Assembly (NCBI RefSeq): GCF_003918875.1
Contig: NW_025767435.1
Coordinates: forward strand, 2,046,001-2,110,000
Reading direction: 5' to 3'
DNA from: Haliotis rubra
Taxonomy: Eukaryota
Length of the DNA stretch: 64,000 nt
Part shown: piece after piece, positions 11,397 through 23,000 of the stretch
Position numbering within the stretch: the first letter of the stretch is position 1
Layout of the letters: every line of letters starts with the position of its first letter
Notes under the pieces: model-generated
What the model was told of the DNA's origin: nothing
Databases searched by the model: none
What the model saw: only the letters and a program-made list of their open reading frames with translations
Program-made: the position numbers and the translations under genes

Positions 11397-13275
11397 CTTC
11401 ATAATGCTGCGTTTATACACTAGGCCACGATTATGCCGATCGGACGCGAACTACAATCCGTTTGATTTCATTTGTGACCTATGAATTGCTATCTAATAAC
11501 TGCAACAAAACCAAATTTGGCACAGTCACATGAAATCGACAGACCAACTCTGATGATTTGTCTCACAATTTTGGACACCCGAATAAATATGTAGTTTAAC
11601 GAACGATCATTATTTTGTTGACGCTTTTCGCATTTTTNNNNNNNNNNNNNNNNNNNNNNNNNNNNNNNNNNNNNNNNNNNNNNNNNNNNNNNNNNNNNNN
11701 NNNNNNNNNNNNNNNNNNNNNNNNNNNNNNNNNNNNNNNNNNNNNNNNNNNNNNNNNNNNNNNNNNNNNNNNNNNNNNNNNNNNNNNNNNNNNNNNNNNN
11801 NNNNNNNNNNNNNNNNNNNNNNNNNNNNNNNNNNNNNNNNNNNNNNNNNNNNNNNNNNNNNNNNNNNNNNNNNNNNNNNNNNNNNNTGGGTGTGCGAGTT
11901 GCACGTGTGAAGTTGAAATTTCACTACACATGCTGGTTGATTACCTGGCTTTTCTACACATTTTTACGTTTGGATATCTGATCATATACGCTTCAATGAA
12001 GATCTGCTGCGAATATTTGACGATCTGTAGCTAGCGACTTTTTACGATCATCACGGCGATTAAACACGATTGTGACACGATTTTCGGACAGCATGAGTTA
12101 CTTTGGAGCCCTTTCCTTTCTTCATATTTTACAATGAAAATGACGATAACATAGTGTGATAGGGCTTGCAGTTGGATCACTATGAATTTCCTCTGGCAGC
12201 GTGACACAATTTATAGGAAATCACACCAACGCACCAGAACGTGTCGCAGCACACAAGGAAGCGTAAAGAGATGGTGAAACATCGTGGACGTTAATGGTAG
12301 TACGGCGTGTTAAAACGTTCATAGAAATGCATTTAATCGTATTAGATCGAGATAGGTTGTGAACAACATGACACAGGGCAGGAGATTTTAATATAATCGA
12401 AATAGATTGTAATATATTGTAATAGATCTTTGTAGAATCGCAATAAATCTTGGTAGAATAGTGGGACAATGGGAACTAACATCTGATACTCGTTATTACA
12501 ATGTATTACGATCATCCGGACACGCCCCATGGCGCTTTTTCACGCTCTTATTCGATTTGTTCCGATGCCCTCACTCTACTATACGTGGTACTTCGTTCTG
12601 AAACGATAGCTAAGAAAATCGGCACGATCGTAGCAAAATATTAAACATGTTTAATATTTTAATAGATTAAACATTTTAATAGATTAAAATATTAAACATG
12701 TTTAATATTTTGCCAAGATTATAAAGAATTTAATGTTGAATTCATTGGTGAATGTGAACGTCATTTTGCGTGTCTTACACGATTCAAGGTCAATACCAAG
12801 CGTAACCTCACTGTGAGTGTATGACAGTCAGCACTCTCCTCCTCATACCCCCTGTCAGCCTCCTGATCCTCTGAAGGAGCACTCTACGCCATTCCTCGTG
12901 TAAAGCAATTTCCAATTGGACCAGGTTCTTTTAAGGAAGATCCCTTTGTTGCACACGACGAGCAATGTCCCAGATATGCTCCAAAGGTTAAGGTCGGGGC
13001 TCATTCAATCGTGAGATATGTAACTAAGTTCTTTGTGTGCATTTTGGATTACACTTTCTCAGTAAGAACAGTATAACAGTAGGTTAGCATTACCATTTTG
13101 AAGATTACTGAAGATCACATATCAACAACTGAATGTATGATTATCACACTTATATTATTACTATTATTACTACATATTGATAAACATATAATAAAACATA
13201 TTATATATATATATATTAGTTTGCATGTTGTTATTTGAATTATATCTATGGCCCTTTTGACTTTCCCTTGGCCCT

Positions 13276-13440
13276 GGGGCGGTGTGGTAACCTTGTGGTT
13301 AAAGCGTTCGCTCGTCACGCTGAAGACCCGGGTTCGATTCCCCACATGGGTACATTGTGTGAAGCCCGATTCTGGTGTCCCCCGCCGTGATATTGCTGGA
13401 ATATTGCTAAAAGCGGCGTAAAACCAAACTCACTCACTCT
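13276..13440 (+). mobile_element. tRNA-derived SINE family A (near-consensus copy upstream of EXOSC4)
   Basis: Full head, body and tail. An extra tail fragment lies at 13511-13550. Confidence 0.9.
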
Positions 13441-13822
13441 TGCCTAACTGTGAAGATGATGTTGTTATTAGGTGGTTCATGACTGTTCATTCTCCGGCTG
13501 CATCTTTGTATTGCTAAAAGCGGCGTAAAACCAAACTCACTCACTCACTCCCTTGGCGCTTTTGACTTTTCCAGTTTTTGCCCTTTTGACCTGTTCCCGA
13601 TCAGGATATCGAAAAGAAATATTTGAATTTGTCCGAATCGGACTGGAACTGAATGATATTGAAAAATCTTCCAAAATGGAGCAATATCATTTGCAGGGAC
13701 AGGCCGTGAGTAACATGAGAATGGATATTGGGATTGGGTACAATTGAAGCGTACGTACAATCATAAATCCAAAGAAGGGGAAGTCACTCTAAACGAATGA
13801 ACGGGCACATGTTCATAACAAC

Positions 13823-16800
13823 ATGGCGGGCTTAGAACTTCTGTCTGATCAGGGCTTTCGAATTGATGGGCGTAGACCCCATGAACTACGGAAGATCCAG
13901 TGTCGTCTAGGGGTTTTCAAGCAAGCGGACGGTTCAGCGTATATTGAGCAAGGAAACACGAAGGTTCTGGCAACAGTATACGGACCGCATGAGGTAAACC
14001 CAGCTTCAGGATCCACGAATACTGTGACAATTGACGTTGTGGTACATGCAAATTATACAAAGCTACTTTTCACAGCGGACTTATCGTTCCTCATACAAAC
14101 TGTTGAGACAAGTGGAGTGTTATCAAGTTTTGGCGTTCAGATTCCATAGCCAAACATTGACCCTACAATCTCCACAACACTGATTTCACAATGTCCTGTC
14201 AAAATAGTGACACTTAATTGTCAACGAATGATTCTTTTCAAATTCTACTTGAAAACTTTTGTAAATAGTTACACATAAGATATGTGATATGTATCTTAAA
14301 TTTCATATATTAAGCAGAAACCTTCAAATGTGAATGAATAATGTGTTTTTTGAGAGGCATTTTAGAAGTTGTGAAGATGAAGGAAAACTAAGTTCTATTG
14401 ATAGTCAACTTCTTTATTGCAATGAGTGCAACATTTCGGTGTAGGTACTAACATCATTATCAAGCAAGTGAAAAAAAAGTTCTATGGATAGTCAACTTCT
14501 TTATTGCAATGAGTGCAACATTTCGGTGTAGGTACTAACATCATTATCAAGCAAGTGAAAAAAAGTTCTATTGATAATCAACTTCTTTATTGCAATGAGT
14601 GCAACATTTCGGTGTAGGTACTAACATCATTATCAAGCAAGTGAAAAAAAGTTCTATGGATAATCAACTTCTTTATTGCAATGAGTGCAACATTTCATGT
14701 ATACTAACACCGTATCAAGCAAGTGAAAAAAAAGTTCTATGGATAATCAACTTCTTTATTGCAATGAGTGCAACATTTCGGTGTAGGTACTAACATCATT
14801 ATCAAGCAAGTGAAAAAAAGTTCTATGGATAATCAACTTCTTTATTGCAATGAGTGCAACATTTCGCTGTAGGTACTAACATCATTATCAAGCAAGTGAA
14901 AAAAAGTTCTATGGATAATCAACTTCTTTATTGCAATGAGTGCAACATTTCGGTGTAGGTACTAACACCGTTATCAAGCAAGTGAAAACTAAGTTCTATG
15001 GATAGTCAACTTCTTTATTGCAATGAGTGCAACATTTCGGTGTAGGTACTAACATCATTATCAAGCAAGTGAAAACTAAGTTCTATGGATAGTCAACTTC
15101 TTTATTGCAATGAGTGCGATGTTTCGGTGTAGGTACTAACACTGTTATCAAGCAAGTTATTATCACTTGCTTGATAATGCTGTTAGTACCTACACCGAAA
15201 TGTTGCACTCATTGCAATAAAGAAGTAGACTGTCCATAGAACTTAGTTTTTCTTCATGAATAATGTGGTCTAGCATGACATGATTATAACAACAAACAAA
15301 ATCACTATCATATGTTCTATTGCAGATCAGAGGTAGCAGAGGAAGAGCCTTACATGACAAGGTTCTGGTTAACTGTCAGTACAGCATGGCGACATTCAGC
15401 ACAGGGGAGAGGAAAACACGCCCACGCGGTGACCGCAAGTCTCAAGAGATGACCATGCACCTCAGACAGACCTTTGATGCAGCTATTATGACTAGCCTCT
15501 ACCCTCGATCACAGATTGATATATTTGTTGAGGTAAGACAACACTATTCCTTTGTTTGGGAATCTGAGTTACCAGAGTCAAAGTTTGCAGTCAAATAATG
15601 CAATTTACATTTGTGATTTACAAAGCAGAACAAGCCGAAAAATAAGGTTTTGAATTAAATGTGACAAAAACAAGAAAATAAACAATTAAAAAAAATAATG
15701 AGGTATCACCTGATTACAATTTAGAATGGTGTCCTCCCATTACGCAGACAACCAGTTCGCAGACACCTTAAAACAACAACATTTACGGTTCAGTGAACAG
15801 ATTATCTACTACCTGTTACCTACACATTATAATGGAATAGTCCAAATAAAAACACAGGAACAAACTGAAGCTATATTATTTATTTTGAAAGATGGACGAA
15901 AAGACAGTAATTTGAATTTTCATTGCTGCAATATAAAAACAGTTAGTTTTCATAAACATTTCTGTTTAACCTTCTAGTCGGCATCATCATATTGAAAACA
16001 TTAGCTTAGCTATTAGGAATTGCGACACTGTTGTATCATATAAATCAAATAAAGTGAAATGTGAACCTAAATATTATTCATATGGAATAAAGAAGTTATA
16101 TGTTTTGCACACAATATTAAGATATATGACGAGTGCACTTAATTACGATTTATTTAGAATAAATATTCAAAATATGACGCATCATGACAATGTGGCTATT
16201 ACTTCCTTGAATGACCATTGTATACTACTCAAAGACATAAACTGTTACAATCTTTAGAAAGTATCGCTTAAAATTAGAACACTGATTGGTATTATTCAGA
16301 TCTTACATGGCAATGCAGGTGTCTCATTTACTGCCTAAAATTTGAGAAGAGAAATCATTTATCATTTAATCACAACAAAGTTCTATTTACTCACAATCAA
16401 ACTTCTCAGTAGCGAACCTGTTTCAGGCTCACCCTGCTCTACTCACTAGACAGCGGACTGTTCCATTGTACTCTTGGTATTACCCTAATTAACCTTCTAG
16501 TTTAGTGTCTGTCAACTGGCTGTCTGTCAAATGGGAGATAACCTTTAGAATACATTAATGATGCATATTGTTTTTTTTCAAACTGTTGCTTTGTGTGTTT
16601 GTTGTTTAACACCACACTAAGTAACATTCCAGGGTTATGATGGTGCAAACCGAAAGAATTCCTATGAGACTTCTTAAAAGAAAATTGGTTTACAGATTTG
16701 AACAAATATGAAAAATAAATGACTTTTGAACACCAAACCAAAGAGGTTACAGTTGGGTATATTTACAAGACAATCGTAACTATCATAGTGGAGATGGTGA

Positions 16801-17302
16801 CATTGCTTTTCACAGAACAATATGATACTACAATTAGCATTTATCAATTATTATTCCCACCTACTCAAGTGGAATTAACACGAGTTCTGTTAAAACTTCA
16901 ACATATGACATCACACTTGATCTACACTGTTGGCAGGTTCTTCAGTCTGATGGGGGCAACTACTGTGCTAGTGTGAATGCATCCACACTTGCACTAATCG
17001 ACGCTGGTATTCCAATGAAGGACTATGTATGTGCATGCTCAGCAGGTTTTGTTAACGACTCTCCACTAGTGGACATCAGTTACCTGGAGGAGTCTTCAGG
17101 TGGGCCGGAACTGATTGTGGCCACCTTGCCCCAGTCGGAACAGATTGTGTTTCTGGAGATGAACTCCCGGCTACACGAGGACAACCTGAACAAGGTCCTG
17201 GACCAGGCCATGAAGGGTTGTAAAGACATCTACCAGGTGCTCAACACTGCTGTCCGGGAGCACGTCAGTACCACCGTCACGTCACTCGGCTGGGAGACTT
17301 GA
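13823..17302 (+). CDS. EXOSC4: Exosome complex component RRP41 (RNase PH-like), 247 aa, 3 exons
   Basis: Exons 13823-13993, 15326-15532 and 16937-17302, phase-0 GT-AG. Motifs MAGLELLSDQGFRIDGRRPHELR, ADGSAYIEQGNTKV, YPRSQIDIFVEVLQSDGG. AATAAA at 17336-17341. Confidence 0.97.
14334..15267. mobile_element. Fold-back Penelope-like insertion, copy 4, with one arm amplified to 9 tandem 83-87 bp units (EXOSC4 intron 1)
   Basis: TSD ATGAATAATGTG at 14334-14345 and 15256-15267. Tail AACTTCTAAAATGCCTCTCAAA lies on the minus strand at the left. The motif CTTCTTTATTG starts at 14409, 14496, 14582, 14668, 14751, 14837, 14923, 15010 and 15097. One inverted arm lies at about 15162-15257. Confidence 0.88.
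14941..14980 (-). ncRNA. Putative minimal hammerhead ribozyme motif (best-paired unit of the array)
   Basis: The minus strand reads TGC-TTGATAA-C-GGTGT(TAGTACCT)ACACC-GAAA-TGTT-GCA, with a perfect 5-bp stem II and a GUU triplet. Confidence 0.55.
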
Positions 17303-17335
17303 CACTGTACTGTACACATTTGTCACATGTTTGTA

Positions 17336-17341
17336 AATAAA
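17336..17341 (+). promoter_or_regulatory. Polyadenylation signal of EXOSC4
   Basis: AATAAA 34 nt after the stop codon, followed by a T/GT-rich tract. Confidence 0.65.
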
Positions 17342-17545
17342 TTATATCTGACTTAAACAGTATTTTGTTGTTTTGTGATGCTGGTTATTTTGTTTCAGAC
17401 CATTGGATGCAGCATTGTTTGCTTGTTGTTTATGCTGTACTTAGCAATTTTCCTGCTATAGTAGTATAAGACTGCTGTCCGTAAATGATCGAGTCTGGAC
17501 ACACAATCCAGTGGTTGATATCACGAGCATCAATTTACGCACGTG

Positions 17546-17906
17546 TGAGGTGAGGTGAGGTGAAATTAGGTTTAACGTCCTGCTTGAGAATGTTTCGCTC
17601 ATATGACGACGTGCATGCGTGTGTATGTGTATGTGCAGCTGCTTGTACTAGCCCAGACTTAAGCTGGTTTTATAGTGCTAGCCCACTGAGATACCATGCC
17701 GCAGTGAAACATGAATACCCCACTCAGACACATTATACTGACTCCGAGCCGACCAGTCCTTGTTGTATGCATAAATGCCGAGCCCCAGGCAGGGACCAAC
17801 AAGTACCATATTTTAACGTCTTTTGGTATGACGCGGTCGGGGATCGAACCCGCGACCTTCCGCTCTCCGGGCGGACGCTGTAACCACTACACCACGGAGG
17901 CGGTCT
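17546..17906 (-). mobile_element. tRNA-derived SINE family C (about 360 bp), nested in an older SINE-B copy
   Basis: Head GGTGTAGTGG...GGTTCGATCCC, central domain CCTGCCTGG-GCTCGGCATT...GGACTGGTCGGCTCGGAGTCAGTATAATGTG (possibly a Meta-SINE-type domain), and (CCTCA)n tail. SINE-B sequence resumes on both sides. Confidence 0.88.
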
Positions 17907-18806
17907 ACGCAAGTATGACATGATAGCATGTGTGAAACAAGTCCGTGAGACTGACCACCAGACCAGGCCTCTTGAGACAAGCCAGGGAATGTCAACACAT
18001 GAGAATCACGTTTTGAACACAAGTTCATCTTGTGTCACTAAGCTGGTTTCAATGGCTGCGAAGAACAGTTACTGGATGTCTTTGCAGCCACCTACGATTG
18101 ACTGTTTTAGTGTGAGAAGTGGGGAAGGTGCTGGAATCTAAAGCACTGTACCAAAATACATGGAATGATGGTAAATGTTCTGCAAATTTGGTGTTGTCTC
18201 CTGAAATGAATTGTTCTACCTTGTGATTATGTTTTATTAGAGGTAATAATTGCACAAATATGGGAATAGTCTTATTGTAATGACAATTTTGAATATAAGG
18301 CTTGGCTATTATAAACAGGTGGTTTTCAAGGATATTCTTCTTGGGATCGCCAAGGAGGAAATGATTCATATTTAGGTCTAATTTTAGATAGGTTCTACTT
18401 TCATACCAAAATTTGAACTCATTTATCATAATTTGAACTTTTTGACAGGAAAAAAATAAAAGTTCTAGTGTTTCACTTTCTGATTGGTAACCCCATGATG
18501 TCAAACGTACACATGCAGGTTACTACATATATGTAATAATCTTGAACATGATGTTTGAACCCAAGAACAGATATGTGGAAAAGTAAGGTGTGGGTCAGTG
18601 TATTTCTCCTACATACAAGTGGGGGCTGCTTAGTCCAGTGGTTGAAGCATTCTGTTTTGACATATATTGCCCAAGTTTCATTCCACAGTGTTTCAACCGA
18701 AGGGAAAGTCCAACGCCTTGAAAGGACCACATTCCAGAAACTTAACATATTATAAAATGGAAATGAGTGAAACAATCTTTAAGTTCTCTCTGTACGTCAC
18801 CCGAAG

Positions 18807-19170
18807 GAGACCGCCTCCGTGGTGTAGTGGTTAGAGCGTCCGCCTGGAGAGCTGAAGGTCGCGGGTTCGATCCCCGACCGCGTCATACCAAAAGACGTTA
18901 AAATATGGTACTTGTTGGTCCCTGCCTGGCGCTCGGCATTAATGGGTACAACAAGGACTGGTCGGCTCGGAGTCAGTATAATGTGTCTGAGTGGGGTATT
19001 CATGCTTCACTGCGGCATGGTATCTCAGTGGGCTAGCACTATAAAACCAGCTTAAGTCTGGGCTAGTACAAGCAGCTGCACATACACATACACACGCATG
19101 CACGTCGTCATATGAGCGAAATATTCTCAAGCACGACGTAAAACCCAATTTCACCTCACCTCACCTCACC
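18807..19170 (+). mobile_element. tRNA-derived SINE family C
   Basis: Near-identical inverted partner of 17546-17906. Further copies lie at about 34288-34570 and 52303-52651. Confidence 0.88.
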
Positions 19171-20028
19171 CTAAGGTATACCTGACCAGGAAAGAAGATG
19201 GTAAACACAATGCAAGAAGGATAAGGGTCTGTAAACAAGACATACTCCTATCTACATAGTAAAACATACATATCTGCCCATGCCCCTGTTGACAGCCAGT
19301 CCCATATGTAAATGATGTGTAATATGACAATACTTAAGTATGTTTCCTTATTAGGCATACACCATTTCATAATGATGCAGACAAAGCTGAAAAAGCAATT
19401 GGCGAAAATGAAGTACACTAACGAGTGGTAATGAAATATGTACGCTGTATCTAAATTACATTATATGAGAATGATTCTTTCCAGGTCCATATCAACTGTT
19501 CTTATCCTACTTCAAAGACAGATTGAAAAAAAAATGTTCAAGAATATAACTACGAAATGCTTATGCTGCAGAACTACTGCAGATAATTGATATATACTTG
19601 TACCAGTTGTGGAGTGGGTTAGATGGCTGACTTTGTGTCCTGGCGATTAGGTGTCTAAGTCTGATAATGTAGGTTCGAATCCTGGATGATACTCAACCTA
19701 ACAAAAGTTCTTGAATCGGTACTTTACGGAGAAAGTGCAATCCCAAATATTACTTATGTTACATTTGACCACTTTCTAAATTGGATTGTGTATTTATGCA
19801 AAATATTGCCCCAAATTTACCTTGTTACAAGGGGTCTCAGTTGAACTTAGATTCACAATTTTAAACCAACACATCATTCCAACCTCTTGTGGACAGCCAA
19901 CAACTTAATGATCTAAAGCCAGCGGGATGGACGTCTTCTGTACATGCAATACATTGTATCTGATACATATTCAAGTTTACGTCCATTATGTTCTCCCTAC
20001 AAATACCCTATTACACACAGCCAACAGC

Positions 20029-23000
20029 TCAACTCCCTAGAGCCAACGGGATGAAGGTCTTACAAAAGAACTCGACCCCTTCAGCTGTTTTCATGACCTG
20101 ACCAATTTGAACTGGATGAATGTAATTGAAATTCTTGTGGAACTGTTGTTGCAGCGCACTGCCTTGAGCACGGGTCACATGGCGACCGTCGAGGTAGTAA
20201 ACGTTCCGTTGGTCTTCAATCCCGCTGATGACCGTGGGGATCGTTATCTCGACAGGCAGGCCGTTTCTTGTCAGAAGATTCGAAAGGAACATGAACTCGA
20301 GTTTGTATCTCTGTGGCACGTAGACGATGTCGGATACTTGGGAGATGTAGGTGTCGTCCCTGGCGTGGTTGCGATTGTCACCGAGTCTTCTCTTGAATGC
20401 GGTATACATCGTCTTGTTGGTTTGTTCCAGTTCTATCATGGCCTTCATGAATGATCTTGCGTTGATCCTGAAACACGGCACATGAACGAAATATGTTCTA
20501 GTGATTCATCCATAATCATATTGTTTGAGTGAGTGAGTGAGTGAGTATGGTTTTACGCCGCTTTTAGCAATATTCCAGCAATATCACGGCGGGGGACACC
20601 AGAAATGGGCTTCACACATTGTACCCATGTCGAGAATCTAATCCGGGTCTTCGGCGTGACGAGCCAACGCTTTAACCACTAGGCTACCCCACCGCCCCCA
20701 TATTGTTTGAAATATACCAATATATTCCTAATACTAAAACAACTACATAACGTATGTTAGTATTTGATGGGTCATGTGACGTGATAAGCTGCAGTACCTC
20801 TAAAGATGGGTTAAAATCAATATTAACTAACCACGTAAAGATTCCGGTTTTACAGAAGAAACAAACAGTTCTCACCTAGACTGATACTTGTACCGTGGAC
20901 TTCTGCTTGTATCTTGAGACACCGGTTTGATGAACCAGATCCTGTCTTGAGGCAGTACTCCGAGCGTCCACACGTGGAGGAGAGTGTCCTCGGATACCAA
21001 GAGGTACCCGCCGGCTCCGTAGTTCATCTCCATCGTTTTGATTAAACAATTTTGGGCAAATGTTCCTTTGTGGACGTCAACCTCTACAGTCGTGACCTTT
21101 AACGTCGGTGTTTTATAGATCTTATTAAACTTTGCGCCACAGTATACGATGTGTGTGAACTGGAACCCGTACAGAGCTTCGTACGTTCTGACATTGCCAT
21201 AGTGGCCCGGCTCTTTGAGGACGATAATCAGAACGATGCTACTGAAAGTTGTATGGGTTCCACGGGGTGGCCTGATGTCCAGTCTGGGACAGATCTGGTT
21301 AACATTTGCCAAGTAGTGATGCAGAAGCTCACTGGACGCGGTGGCGTCCACTCCAGGTGGAACTTGAACTTCTGGCACAAACTGGACATTGGTCGGGGAA
21401 GATTTCCGCCGTTTCCTATGCCGTGTATGTGTGTGTTGCTTCCGTTTGGAATATGGAATCCTTTTAGGCTCCTCATAACCCATTGTTCTCAGATCTTGCA
21501 GCCAATGACGAATGATTTCTGCGTCTGCCTTTCTCCAAAACTTCTGTCTTGCCATGTCGTCAGACAACGCTATCACACAGTCGAAGAAAGAGTTTCGGGG
21601 ATTACAGTTCCAATTTCTGAGAAATTCGAGCAGTTTCTCAGATTTGAAATACATCTCATGCTCCAAGTTAGCATCGGCTAAGTTCGTTTCGTTGTTATGC
21701 TCCTGGAAGCTGTTCGGTGGAAAGAAGCCAATGCTGCCCCCCATCTCCCAAAGGAGTCTCTGTGCCCAATATCCCCGCCAGATGTCACTGACGAAGCTTG
21801 GTATGGTCGTAGGTATCAGAAGTGCCCAGAAAGCGTTATAGGTAAATAGAGTGTTATAGGAATTGAGCGTTGAAAACACACCACTGGGAACAAACGCAGG
21901 TGGCGCTATGACGTCAAAGGTTATGTTCGGGGCTAAATGCTTCCTTGTTCTCGTGAGCTGAACGATTGCGTCCACCTCCGGACTACCGTTAACGAGCCCT
22001 TGTTGTATAGATGGAGTCGTCCAGTCGTCGAGGACGTAGCTAAGAGAGGCGTTGTCCCCGACCGAACTGAGGGGGTACCCGCGAGGCCATACAGTAGGCT
22101 GTCCAAAGTGATTATAAGGATTGAACATGTTAATGCCACCATAACGCAAGCCGGTCGTGTTTGGCTTGAGGATGAACTCTGTGAGATTGCCAGTTGGTCG
22201 GTGGTTGTCGTCAGTCTCGTAAATGACCTTGGCACCGTGGGCGATGGCGTACAGGTAGCCGATGTTCTTCCTGGCGTAGCTGTCCCTGGGCAGATGTGGC
22301 GCCGTGCTGAAGCCAAGGAGGGTCTGGTCCTTGGGACCCAGGTACACACATCCCTTGTGTCTGGAACATATACGTATCAATCAAGTCTAAAATGTAGTGC
22401 CATGTTTACCACACCGAACCATTTGATTGGCTTCTGTGGCGTTTAGAACGGTACTTCTGTTAACTCGTGTTAACCAATGTTTCAGAAGACAAAAGCAATG
22501 TAGTAGTTATATGTTCACCACATAGATGAGCACGAATCTTGTGTTAACAAAGCAGGAATCACAGCGATTTCAAGTCCTACGAGAAAAATGCAATCCTGGA
22601 AAGACTGAGTATCCAAAGTATGGCATATGTATTTCTATTCTGTTATGATTGTGTTTTTTACATATATACAAAGGGGTAAAATTTAGCTGTGTACAGTAGT
22701 ACATGTATAAAGAAATCCACAAAATGGTGACTACACAACAACATACTTACGACCACTGAGACGGAGACTTTCTGTCGCCGACGACTACGACCTTCCAGCC
22801 CGGTATTTGTGCCAGAAACTTGACGTTGTCGTTGGGAGCAGCGGTTGCAGTTGTCACTATCCACTTATCGCTGAACTTTCCGTTCAGAATTCTGCCGCTT
22901 CAAGAAGAGTGAAAACATTCAGGGAAGCGATAATAGTGACTGAGTTGGCCTTTCGCCGCTTTTAGAAATATTCCATCAATATCACGGCGGAGGACACCAG

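Noticed and set aside
11596-12034. ORFs spanning N runs
   Set aside because: They are artefacts of the assembly gap.
13276-13350. tRNA genes (also at 18810, 19610, 27642 and elsewhere)
   Set aside because: The A/B boxes continue into SINE bodies and tails, often with TSDs. There is no complete cloverleaf or acceptor stem.
14388-15157. CRISPR-like array
   Set aside because: The units are fully repeated with no unique spacers, there are no cas genes, and the context is a eukaryotic intron.
17560-19154. Repeated ORFs MKLG..RSYDDVHACVC and MNTPLRHIILTPSRP
   Set aside because: They derive from SINE-C copies and are not a gene family.
20107-22446. Plus-strand ORFs of 109-176 aa
   Set aside because: They are antisense shadows of the STELLO-like exons and carry no recognisable motifs.
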